Of a DNA stretch of 64,000 nt, positions 11,604 to 23,687 are shown in pieces (position 1 is the stretch's first letter; every line of letters begins with the position of its first letter). The DNA lies in NCBI GenBank assembly GCA_026770705.1, contig JANJGN010000036.1, forward strand, positions 2,046,001-2,110,000, in the 5' to 3' direction. The position numbers and the translations under genes were made by a program. The notes beneath the pieces were generated by a model. It saw only the letters and a list, made by a program, of their open reading frames with translations, did no database searches and was not told where the DNA came from. The stretch is from Isurus oxyrinchus (taxonomy: Eukaryota).

Positions 11604-14600
11604 AATCGGGACATTTTCTCTGTGCTGAATTATGGAGGAGGCAGGATTTGCCAAATAACCCACAGCCTCGTGGAAGCAAAATGGAGCCATGGAGACACCC
11701 ACGAATCAACAAAACTACTCCCACCAGAATTTACAAAAAACCGTCTCATTTCGTGAAATGTGAAATAAGTTGTTTTCAGGATTGTTAAGGATATTCCACT
11801 GTATTCACGTAATTCAAATGTGAAAGAAACACTGAACAAATATTACGGACATTCTCCAGTTTCTCTGGACCTTTTCTGCTGATCCTGAAATTCCAGTTAC
11901 TGACAGGATGTTTATTTCTTTGCAAACGTCTGTATGTAAGTAAGTAAAATAAATTATTCTTCCATTATAACGATTCATTAAAGGTGTGTATCGATCAACA
12001 ATTTGCTTATAATTCAATGCCAAATGGATGAAACTGCAGCTTGTGTTGAGCAGACAGTATCAACACTGGGTTGAGATGGTTTTGTGGTGGTGTTCTCTGC
12101 CTGAGATGTAATGTGTCTAATCATTTACAGAATTAGAACACAGCAGGAGAGGGGCACGGGCCCTCATGCTGGAACTTTGTGATGACGCCATTTTACTTTT
12201 ACACAGTGTGTTCTGCTTTGAGCTCAGTTTTAAATACATATCTCAGAGTTTTTGGTGCAGTGCAGTGTGTTTTGGAAGAAGAGGTGACTTTGCAGATATG
12301 TTTCCCCAAGCCGATCACCACTGGGCCATTCACTGCTCATGCCTGGAATGTTGTAGACAAATCAATAGGGATTTACTACTATAGCAATCCAATGATCATC
12401 GTACCACTAAACTGCCAGCCTGGCAGGGTGCAATCTAGATTGATGGTTTTTTTCTGTTTGTCTGTTTTTATTTCCCTATTTCCCTGATCTCAAGTTTGCA
12501 AAATTTTGCAACAATGTTTTCAACCAGAGAGATAGAGGATTACACAGGACCCGGGCACACTTCATTGACGATCAAGGTCATATCAGTCTATATATTCTTA
12601 TTCTGTTTATTCGGGAACCAAAAGGTATTGACGGATGAGATAAATAAGCAACATAAACAGCTCCTGTTCAGGTCACTTTCAAGATCCATCTCGCAGAAAC
12701 TGTCCAATAAACCTGTCGATTATTTAACTGAGCTCCTGACTGTGGTGACCTTGCTAATGTGAATTTAGGTTGTATTGTAGTGTTATTACAACAGGTATAA
12801 GTTTACCAGGTCTCGGGTTAAGAAGGTTAAACTACAAGAATAGGTTGCTCAGACTATGCTTGCATTCCCTCCATGATGATATTTCTGGTCCACACGAGCC
12901 TCCTCCCACCCTCTCTGCATCCCACCCCATGAACAAATCATTACATTTTTTTTTCTATCATATAATTATTCAACTTCCCCTGAAAAGCACGGCTGATAGT
13001 CACCTCAACTTCTCCCCCTGGGATCGATTTCCGCATTATTCCCACTCTCTGTCTAAAGAAGATTATCATGAATTCCCCATTGGATTCATTAGTGAATATC
13101 TTAAACTGATGGCCTATCGTTCTTGTTATCCCCTCAACTATCCAATCATTTCATAATTTTGAAGGTCTTTATCAGGTCAGCCCAGCAGTTTACTCTTTTC
13201 TAGACAAAAGAGTGCCAGCCTGTTCAGTCCTACCTGAAATCATAAACTCTCATTTCTGTTATCATTCTAGTAAAATTGTTCCCAAATTTTAAAGCGCACA
13301 CATCTGCTCTATAAAGATATCCTGAATTGCAAATTCAATGAGCATATTTGGACTGAGCGACCAAACAACTTCCAATAAGAAACGCAATGCTTGGATTTCA
13401 AAATCTGCTTTAATGGGTTGGTAAATTGGACACTGATGCGCTCTTTCTTGCTCAAGCTGAAAAAAAGATCCGCAATTAAATTAAAAAAAAAAACACTAAC
13501 ACAAGAATGTAACACGTATAGAAACTGAGCAGAAAGTTAAAATGTCCGAATATCAACATCCTCTTGAAATGGAGCAGGTTCTATTAGGCATGCAGTCTCT
13601 CCAGTAGGCGATAAATTGCCACATTGCTACTGATAAATCTGCGTTCAGAATTTGGGATGACAATCTATTAGGAAGGTTCACACATCCAGGCTTTCCACCA
13701 ATGAGGACGAAAAAAGAGGAAACTTTCCACTGCACGTCATATTCCGGAAGCAGCATATGAGCTGTCAATTTCCATTGTTATCAGAGTGTAGGGTCCGCAT
13801 TAAACGCTAGCCGAGCATAAAGAGTCTGCAACAGAAAGCACGAACAGTGATCATGAGAAACAGCATCATCAGGGGGCGGAAAGAGGACATTCAACCCTTC
13901 GAGCCTTTCCCGCTAGACAGTTAAATAATTCTGGATCCGCATCTCAACCCTGTTTACCCTCCTTGCTACCATAACACTAAATCCAACGAAAATCTATCAC
14001 ACCGTGTTTCAGCATTTTCGGCTGACATCCCGTTTAAATTTCTTTACATGTATTGTCACAGTGCTATTGAAAAGTCTGTTATCTTAAAACATGCGCCATG
14101 TAAAGTCTCATACACACATATGAAAGCAACCAGAAATCTTCCAATTTGAATTTAAAATCCGTCATCCATTATGTTTACACGCTAACAACAATTCTATTCA
14201 TAGTTACCGCCTTTTCTTCCGTACTTGCTCTGGAATATGTCAGTTCCATATCAATGTTCATGCTGCCTGTTAGAAAGAGGATTTTAAAATGAGTGTAACT
14301 GTTCACAGTTCACACTGAACCGGCTGAAAGTGTACACAACCTTGCGACAATTTGATAGATTAAGAGCGCTCCTGAGTTACAACATCTCCCTACAATCTCT
14401 ACCTGTCTGCCGTTCTTGCAGATCCTGCTCCCGGCGAGCAGGACTAACGCCAGAAGGAGTGGCGCCGCCAACAAACTCCCAGAATGCGAGAAATTGCAGG
14501 GGGCAGGTAGCGGTGAATCTGGAGAGCAAATAAAAAGCATTGTATTTGAGGATAAATCCCGTAACTGAAGCCTTTTGACTCTGACAGAACGTTCAAGTAG

Positions 14601-14729
14601 ACTCTAGCACACGGGAGCTAGAGATTGGCAAATAATGTCAGTCTTGTCAATATCATCAGCATCTCCAGGTCATTAAAAAAAATAAGCTGAAGCAGATTAG
14701 AAAAGTGAAGCGAATTTACAAAGCTGAAA

Positions 14730-14970
14730 TCAGATGGATGGATAAGGAAAGAGAGAGATGTAGAAATTGGGAGATAAATAGAGTTGGAGGGCGTATTATA
14801 GAGAGAGATAGATGGATGGATCGATAGGAGAGTTGGAGAGATAGAAAGACACACGGGCAGTTAGACAGAGAGGCAGATAGGTGGATAGACTGATACACAT
14901 ATAAATACACACATACACATATAAATACATACATACATACATACATGCACACATACATACATATATTTAA
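14730..14970. repeat. GATA/GGAT and CATA low-complexity microsatellite
   Basis: Direct inspection. Confidence 0.7.
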
Positions 14971-15449
14971 GCACAAGAATATGTTAGAACTACACAAGAA
15001 TGACCAGCGCGGTCTGGGAAAGAGGATGAAGCAATGGGGCCTCCAGGTTTCTGCTGACTCTTCAAAGTCCACATTGCAATTCAGCACTTCCAAACCCCAT
15101 CAAACTCATCCATCTCCTGCATTCATTTAACTTTCTATCCATCTTCCCACATCTCCTACAAGCTGCGCACTTTATTATTTCCCAATAGCCATCTTGTGAG
15201 GCACATGAAGGCCAACGAATTATCTTAAATATCTATTCAGACATTTCTTCAGCATAAAAGCTCTATTCAACTCTTTAAACGTAACCACAATTCCACAAAC
15301 CGGTGCGTGCTGACCTTAACTACCTCTTCTACTGAGAAATGCTCACCTATTTCATTTAGAATAATGGATGGTAAAGGTTTGCCCTCCAGTCCTGTTAGAC
15401 TGACTTGTTTATAGTTCCCCAAATGACTTCTATACTCTGCTTTTGATGC

Positions 15450-15635
15450 AAATTTAGGATTAGAAGGTTTTTTGCGAGGAATGATGAGGATTAGTGTTAG
15501 AGTTCTGCTTTGGTTTGGGTAACAGTTAGGGCTAGCATAAGGGTTCGGATTAGGGTTGGGTTTATGGTTCGGATTAGGATCAGCTTTAAATTCAGGGTTA
15601 GGATTAGGATCAGATTAGTGTTAGTGCTAGTTATA
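15450..15635 (+). repeat. Degenerate (TTAGGG)n-like repeat
   Basis: gttagggctagcataagggttcggattagggttgggttt...agggttaggattaggatc. Confidence 0.6.
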
Positions 15636-15699
15636 CACTCACTGGAAATGAGTTTCTAATTCTGACAGAGGAGCAGAGAGAAATGGATTACAAACAAAC

Positions 15700-16290
15700 A
15701 AACACTTGGCATGACAGACAGAGGTTATTAAGGCCACAAAAAGCAACCCACCCAGCACTGGGAGCAATACCTGAATAAATTGAATTGAAAAACAGGAAGG
15801 CTTTGTTGAAGTTATCATTAGCTTAGTTGGACATCACTTACAGTCCTGTGAACAACCTCATCTCCAGATTATAAAAAGAATATAGAGGATTGGAAAGGGG
15901 GAAACAAAGAACCTTTACCAGGATGATATCCACACTGAGTGATTATAATTATCAGAAGGCTTGAACAGGCTGGAGTACTTTTCTCTACAAAGGAGAAGAC
16001 TGAAGTTTGACCTCATGGAGATCTTTAGTCTTTTGAACTGATTTGTGGGGATAGATGTAGAAACAATTTTTCTACATGTGTAGGGTCGAGACCCGGTCTC
16101 TGGGCCATCAATATTTGACAGTAACTTATATCTAAAATCGGGGATTCAGGAGAAAGGTATATACCCACAGAATAGGGAGAATGTGGAGATCGTTACCACA
16201 CGAGCGGTTAAGGTGAATAGCAGGGATGCATTTAGGGCAAAGCTAGATAAACACATGAGGGCAAAAGGATTGTGTGATTTGAAATGGGAA
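15700..16290 (+). mobile_element. Decayed CR1 LINE 3' fragment
   Basis: ggcttgaacaggctgg...ttttctctacaaaggagaagactga, a CR1-type ORF2 tail. Confidence 0.6.
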
Positions 16291-19200
16291 TTGATAGTGC
16301 TTGTGCGGACCACGGACAGCAGCACGGAGCAGAGGAGCCGAAGGATCTGTCTCTGTCCTGGAAACACTGCAGAATATAGATAATAACAGAAAGCAATCGG
16401 CAGAGCAAGTAGTGAAAGGAAAACTGTGGTGTTATTTGATCATTGATATTCTAGAATGTTCTTTCTCCCGCCACACACACCAATCTCAAGGAGACAGATA
16501 GATGAATATTTCATAAAGCTTTACACTAGGAAAATGAGATGTATGAGAGAAGGGTCATGGGCACATGGGAAGAGGGAATATTTAACGTACAAAGAGATAT
16601 TGCCAAAAAATAAGCGGCATATAAACTAAAGCAGGGAACTATTAATAGCTACCTCTCTCAGACGAGGCACTTTCACTAAGAAAAGTTTCACTGGATTTGA
16701 TTTAAACGATGCAAGTAAAGCGAGCTCCGCTGCTCCAAGTTCCCACACTCAGAATTATGTGGCTCCTGACGGCACAGGTTCCATCCGTCTCGAGGGTCAC
16801 AGAATCGCTCTGTCCCTCGGTATCGTGCCCGGAAACATTCCAGCGGACAGCAAACGAATCGGTGTCCACACCCTTCAGCAAACACACCAAAGGGACCCTT
16901 TCCATTGAGGCAATTTCAGCTGGTGGCGCAGTTAAGAGGTAGATTATTCGAGGTCCTGGTGGGATGGAGAGATAGGATTCAATCGCTATTGGGTATAAAC
17001 TGCTGATTAGTTATGGTGCAAAGTGCAAATTAATCGTTATTTCTACCTGTAATGATCAACTTGTAACCGTTTCCAAACATCTAGGGCATTCCGCTGAGCT
17101 CCTTGGCTGAACAGTGATACACACCAGAATCATTGAATGTCCATAATGACCAGAGGATAGAGAGTGGATTTCTGGTCAACCTCTCCCGAAAATCTCCCGG
17201 TTGGATAGATGTATTTTGTCACGGTGTAATCAAGTTGTAGATTCTCCCGTTGCTGATATTGCCAAACAGCCTGTGTGACAAAGCACCTTGTAGGTACTTC
17301 CAAGCGAGAGACTCTGGGCTGCCGGAATCTGGGACAAAACTGCCTGAGATAAAGTAACTGACAGGGACAAAAATCAACAATAGAGGTTCTGTTATGGCAG
17401 CGAAAGAGAACATGCTTCCTCTGCAGAATTGGCTACAGCAGTAAACTAAGAAGCAGATCTACCTCTCATTCTTCATAAATCCGGTGGACTCAAGCGCTGA
17501 AGGTTTTATTTGAAACCGTTGCAGACACCAGGGTGAAAGAGAACCGGGTTTGCAGCCGGTGAAGGTTTTTTACAAGTGCAGCCGCAGTTGTAAAACAGGG
17601 AATTCGGCGAATTTGCGCACAGCAAGATTCCACAAAGAGCAATGTGATATTCACCCAGAGTGCATTTTGTGACGTTGTTTGTAGGGGGAAAATTAGGCCC
17701 CGGGGAGGCCGATGAAAACAATCATCCGCCGGATCATCCACCGCCCCCTATCCACCACCACCCCCCCACCCAACCCCCAACAGCCGGCGTCGGCCCGGCT
17801 TTTTTCCTCCCTGGGGAAATGGGGCGGGTTTCATGCCAAAGGTGCAGACAGGTGATCTCGATTCACCAGGTCATCCGATAAATTGGAGAATGTTGACATG
17901 TGATCGAGTATGATCAGGTGGGATAATGTATTTCTTCAACATGAAGTTAATATGATAGGATGTAACTGTGGGAGTAATTTTACACCTGACTGACTAGCTC
18001 AGTGGCCTTAAACTTGCAATGAGACAATTCTGAATGAGGAGTGAAGAAGACACAAACCTGGAAACACATGCAGCAACGTGCAGGACATTACGAATCTCAT
18101 GTTTGGTGCTCTCAGATAGGTCGCTGTGGTATTTACATCGTCTCTTCTCTCCGGTGTCTCTGTGCTCGGCCTCGGGACCTGGAAGTCATTGTGAAAATGC
18201 ACAGTTTGTAGAGATTAGGTGCACTGATTAAAAATAGCATACCGGAAAAATCAGCCCCTGTAACTGTTGGCTGAGGGTTTCCTGTTTACAGGTTTGGAGC
18301 CCACGCACAGCTCTGCCTGCAAAGGGCAACACGTTACAGCTCATGTGAAAAGCCTGTGAAAGGCGGGGCGCGGCCCCGAGTGTCTCAAACCGTAGGCAAA
18401 AGGCAATGGTGCTGAATTAAACAACATTAATGCTTGTGACGTTCGTGTGGGGGCAGGGTTAACATCCCTAATTCCGAGCGTTGTGTTTAATTCCTCCACA
18501 ACACACTAATTTATTCTGGTCTACACAAAGAATACATGCCAGATTGAAGAAACCTGAAATCAGATGTTAATATTTTTGTTACTGTTTCACCCAATACCTC
18601 TCTGCCCCCTGTCACTTTGTGTCAGAATTATTCCCTCACTCGCACTCCAGCCCCTTGAACCAATTACCCGGGATGTCGAACATAGCCATTCTCTGAGAGG
18701 GGCCCAATATGGCCAGGAGCAGGTATGGAAAGCTACTACGAGGTGGAAAGTAAATCGAGGTCTGTTTCGATTTAAGTGCTAAAGTGTCCCTGAACAAGCT
18801 GGAAACATTCCAGCCCTTGGCCATGCAGCAGCCATACAGTCACAAAACATTTAGATATATTTACCATTCATTGTTGGAGAAACTTGGACAGAGTGGAGCA
18901 AGATCCCTGACGGTGAAGCATGTGGAACGGGATATACAAAACAGAAGGGAATGTACCAAACCAAGCTCTACTGTAGAGAAAGTGTGGTGGTGCACGCCGC
19001 TCTGCTCAGATGGATAGACAGGGGTTATAGAATGAAGGCGGCTGGACAGAGTTAAGGTATCGCTCAACAGTCTGATTTAATGGCAGCACAAACTCAATTG
19101 ATGGTCTGAATGCCATCCTCCTGCTGCATTGTTCCAGTAGGATTAGGAGGTCAAAATATTAAAAGACAAATTGAGGACTGATATCAGAAGGTCTAGGACA

Positions 19201-19882
19201 ACCAGACTGATTAACATTGGGAAATGTTCTCTGGGTAGGGCGAATGGTGTGGCGAATTGGGGGTGGGGTATTGCTGGATGGTGAAACCCCCTGAAATTAT
19301 TTAGGAAACAGGTGTGGTTCTGAAGTTTGAGGGATGCATAACGTTTCTGGATGGACAAACAGTGTATAGTGAATGATCTTTTCCAACTGCATCTTGTATA
19401 AATGCTCTCCAAGTTATCTTTACAATATCTGTGCAAAATCTAATTTCACAGCAGAATAAGACGATGATAATTTGAGAACATTTCTATCAACTAGAACAAG
19501 ACTGACAAGGGATTGTTGAGCGGATTGGAGTTATCAGTATTCCTAACAACAACTGCCTCCAGCTTTTAACGGTTTTGAAATTAAATCTCACTGAAACATC
19601 GTCTCAATTTTTGGTCATGCATTTGACTGATCTTCTGATGTGGGGAGTAAATTGTGTTAACGTTTCCAAATTATTGACATCACCAACAATCCACATTCAG
19701 GCACAGCTATGGGTTGTGCTATAAGCTGTAAAGACACTAACACTAACTCGAGTGGTGTGGCACAAGAGGGCCCATTCTCAGGGTCAGGAGGAGATAGCTG
19801 GGATGTTGGACTAAAGTGCACATTGAAAGAGCCGGCACAGGGATAACCTTCAGCAATCAACCTCTGCCTGTACTGTCTCGAT

Positions 19883-20205
19883 CTCACACCAAACACACAC
19901 AAACACACGCACAAATCTCAAACACACACGCACCAAACAAACACACACACACAGACACACATACACAGACACACACCCCAAACACAACACGCACACCNNN
20001 NNNNNNNNNNNNNNNNNNNNNNNNNNNNNNNNNNNNNNNNNNNNNNNNNNNNNNNNNNNNNNNNNNNNNNNNNNNNNNNNNNNNNNNNNNNNNNNNNNNN
20101 NNNNNNNNNNNNNNNNNNNNNNNNNNNNNNNNNNNNNNNNNNNNNNNNNNNNNNNNNNNNNNNNNNNNNNNNNNGAGACACATTAACTATACACACACAG
20201 AGACA
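19883..20205. repeat. (CA)n-rich microsatellite with N-run 19998-20174
   Basis: Direct inspection. Confidence 0.85.
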
Positions 20206-20615
20206 CGCTCAGCATAGGGCAAGTCTGTCACCTCTACAGCTCCAGTATCCTCCATTTGACAGTTGTTAACTTTTACAGTAACACAACAAAGATGCTCCCG
20301 ATATCATTCAAGATTATGCATAAAGATTAGCATTTATGCAGTGACCCAGAGCAAGCTCTGAAATGACATAGATGAAATAAAGCATTTGGTGAAATATCCG
20401 TTTGCGGTCCGGTATAAAATGGTTAAATGACAACTCAATTGTTTTGGAATGAGAACGGCATGTTTGAACTTATGGATGGGGCAATGGCGGCTCCTGTTAC
20501 AACAATACCCAGCGGCTGGGAAAGGCCTCAATCAGTGAAGCAAGCCGCACTGCACTCTGGGAGAACCTGCCGCGCATGCTCAGCTCAAACTCCGCCCAGC
20601 ACGGCCCTTTTTACA

Positions 20616-20918
20616 TTACTCATGCGCCAAAAACCGGGCAGAATTTTGGTTCCCTCTTGAGTCTAAAGAGTCTCTTCTGCTTCGTTTGACGACTTGATGA
20701 ATAAAAAAATAAACAGAAAAGACGTCACGCTCAGATGACGGCCGCTTGCCCCGCTTGCGGGCCGGGGCCCAAGATTGACAAAGAGCAGCGCCTGGGTTCC
20801 GGGAGGGGTCAAGAGGTGAATCCTGGATGATCAGGCAGGCGAGGAGGGTGGGATTCTTTTTTGATCCCTTTTCCAATGCAGCCATGTCCAAAGAGGCGTA
20901 GAGAGGTCCGACCTGAGA
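20616..20918 (-). CDS. Duplicated copy of the gene C terminal exon (SQVGPLYASLDMAALEKGSKK plus a novel extension); candidate alternative last exon
   Basis: ~20855-20997 is near-identical to ~23623-23766, including the acceptor cttcccag. Phase 0, open for 100 codons. Confidence 0.45.
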   Translation of the reverse strand, partial: SQVGPLYASLDMAALEKGSKKNPTLLACLIIQDSPLDPSRNPGAALCQSWAPARKRGKRPSSERDVFSVYFFIHQVVKRSRRDSLDSRGNQNSARFLAHE

Positions 20919-23606
20919 CTGGGAAGCACATTTAACATTGATGTTCAAAAATACTTTGAGAATACGCGTCAGATTATCTCGGCCTGCAATCGCATTCCAT
21001 CCTTCTTTCGAAATTGTTCCCCTTCAGATCTGGCCACACATGATTGCGAATTATACAAATTTCAACCTATCCCTTTCTCTATAACATGAATCACTGGGAC
21101 ATAAGTTTGCACATTTCACTCAGTTTAAAGTGAGTTTGCTGATTGGTGCACATGGGCACTTTTGGTTGAAATAGAAACACAAACGTGAATTTCCACAGCG
21201 CCTTCAATGAGCTCAGAGGATCACAAAGTTCCTTCCATTCAGTTGAATAATTTCTGACGTGTCATCTCAGCTCTTGTGTAGGAAATGAAGCAGCCAATTA
21301 GGGCGCAGCAAGCTCCCACAGTGTGATTATGAGCAAATGTTGATTGAAAGAAAATATTGCCCCGAGGACCGGGGAGGGGTGAGTTGGGGGGATTGGGAAC
21401 TGCACGCATCCCCTCCCCTAATTCCTGCTCCTTTTATTCTTCCAATATTGCATGTGGAATATTTTGGGATAGATATTGAAGGCAAGAAAGAATAAAAATT
21501 GGGAGGCCAAAACAGGCAGGCCAAAAGCAGCATTGAGTTGGGTATCATGAGCTAAAATAATATACAGACTGAGATCTGGCTGTTGGACCATGCGTATCAA
21601 TGTTGCCATGGGTTAAACTGGACTGATAAATGTTTGATGGCTTGCAGCAGCTTTTAAATGGACGGACCGTACTGATCACCTCAGCCCGCCCCCCCTCCCC
21701 CCTACCACCGCCGCCCCGCCCCCCCTCCCCACTACCACATCCCCAATCTTCATGGAAAGGAACATAACGAATTTGCCTGATTTGCCCTTCACGCCTGCTC
21801 CACCACTGAATAATGGCTGGCCTTCTGCCTCAACTGCACTTTCTCTCAATTCCACTTGTTCCAAAACTCTACTGATCGCTGCATTGAACGCACGCGGAGA
21901 CTGGGCATCCACAGCTCTCTAGCTGGAGAATTCCTAAGTTTCACAAACCTCTTAGTGAATAAATTTCTCCTCAACTCAGTCCTGAATAGGTAACACCTTA
22001 TCCTGAGATTTGATACCGAGTAATGGACGCTCCAGGCATGCCGGGGGCTGGGTGGGGTCGAGATTTGGAAAACCTCTCAGCATTAACCCTGTCAATTCCT
22101 TGGAGAATTTTACATGTTTCAATGAGATCACCTCTAATTCTTCTAAGCTCCAAAATCTATAGACCGATTCTACTCAATCTCTCCTCATTGAGCTACTGCC
22201 CCCATGCCCTGGACTCCCTGCTCCACTAGAGGAAACACTTTCTCTCTATCGATTCTACTAAATCAATTTACCATATTAAACTCCTCAATCAGGTCACACT
22301 TTAACCTCTCACCTTCGAGGAATGAAAGCCTAGCCCGTGTAACCTGTCCCAGTAATTATAACCTTATATTTCCTTTATCTGCCTGCTGAACTTAGATTTG
22401 GTTTATATAACCCAACAGTAGAAGCTAAATTCACATCCACGAGAATGCTACTGCTAAAAGTTTATTTTTACCCGCAAGGGATTTATTGGATATTTTCGGG
22501 GAGATGGATCTTGAAAAAGCCTTAAAAGGGAGCTCTTTGTTACTCTGGAACCTGACCCGTTTGTATCTGCTGGTTCTGGATTAACGAGAATTGGAACATC
22601 TAGACTGATGTGACTTTGATCGGTAAAGCAATGAAGCAGGTGTGGTGTCCTCCTCCTTCCTTCCCTCTCTCTCACTCTCTCTCCCTAACTGACTATCGTG
22701 TTGCTAATGTTTGCAAATCTAGGATTAGGAAAACAGTAATATCTAGGCTGAAAAATAAATTCGATCTAGATTGCATTCCATCATGTTGGCAGTTAACATT
22801 ATACAATGATAATTGGGTTTCCATGGCAATACATTTCTATCAATTTGCCCACAATATCCCAGCCATGAGAAGGGAATACTCCAGTGGTGGGGATTTCTGG
22901 GAACAATTGCTCCTCGGTCAACTGTTTTTTTTCCAAAGCAAACTGCACTCACTCTAAGATTCTGACTTGTAGGTTTAAATTTAAACACAAACAAAACCGA
23001 CTGTGTAAAAGTGAAATTGAACCTTCGTAAGTTTGCTACATCGCCTTCCAGTTCTGTTGTGTTCTAATCCTGTAAATCATTAACACAGCTCCTCTCAGAC
23101 AGAGAAACCCACAACTACCAGCAACTCAACCCAGGACTGATATTGCCTTTTCAAAATAAATTGCAGTTACAGCCAGGTGACATTTAGTTATAAGCTACAT
23201 ATTGATCAGAACAAACTTCTACTGTGTCGTTAAAATTGAAGAATAATTTATTTTATTTATATACAGACATTTGCAGGGAAATAACAATCCTGTCAGTAAC
23301 TGGAGTTACATGGTCCGCATAAAAGATTGAGAAAAACTCAACGGAGTCCCGAACCTTTGCTCAATATTACTTTCACACATGAATTACACTAACACAGTGG
23401 AATATCCCTCGCAATATTTAAGGCAGCCTATTTCATATTTTTTTTAAAAAAATGAGGCAGTCTCTGTAAGCCCTGACGATTGCATGGGGAAAGCTTAACT
23501 TTTTGATTCTGGTCTCCATGGCGCAACGTTTATTTCCATAATGCTGTGGGTTCTTTGGAAAATCGTCTCTCCTCCACCATTCATCGGAGAGAAAACACCC
23601 GGATTC

Positions 23607-23687
23607 TCAACTGCGACCCGCCTTCTTTTTTGATCTGTTTTCCAATGCAGCCATGTCCAAATAGGCGTAGAGAGGTCCGCCCTGAGA
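23607..23687 (-). CDS. Gene C terminal exon with YxxL motif (PLYAYLD)
   Basis: accag acceptor, phase 0. Followed by a 3'UTR that is conserved in remnant D. Confidence 0.7.
   Translation of the reverse strand, partial: SQGGPLYAYLDMAALENRSKKKAGRS

Larger units (their letters stand above)
13781..18100 (-). pseudogene. Gene B: pseudogenised paralog of gene A, inhibitory-type (uncharged TM, tail LTYSRA and TLYARL)
   Basis: Exons: 18058-18100 leader; 17047-17357 VJ (two frameshifts, TAG at 17081-17083, FGNGYKLIIT); 16653-16955 C1 (TAA at 16702-16704); 14403-14518 TM (116 nt, out of phase); 14208-14266; 13781-13825 (TLYARLAFNADPTL*). Confidence 0.88.

Noticed and set aside
17500-17595. GGTTTT nonamer-like motifs in gene B intron 1
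   Set aside because: No proper heptamer at canonical spacing, and not adjacent to a gene segment.
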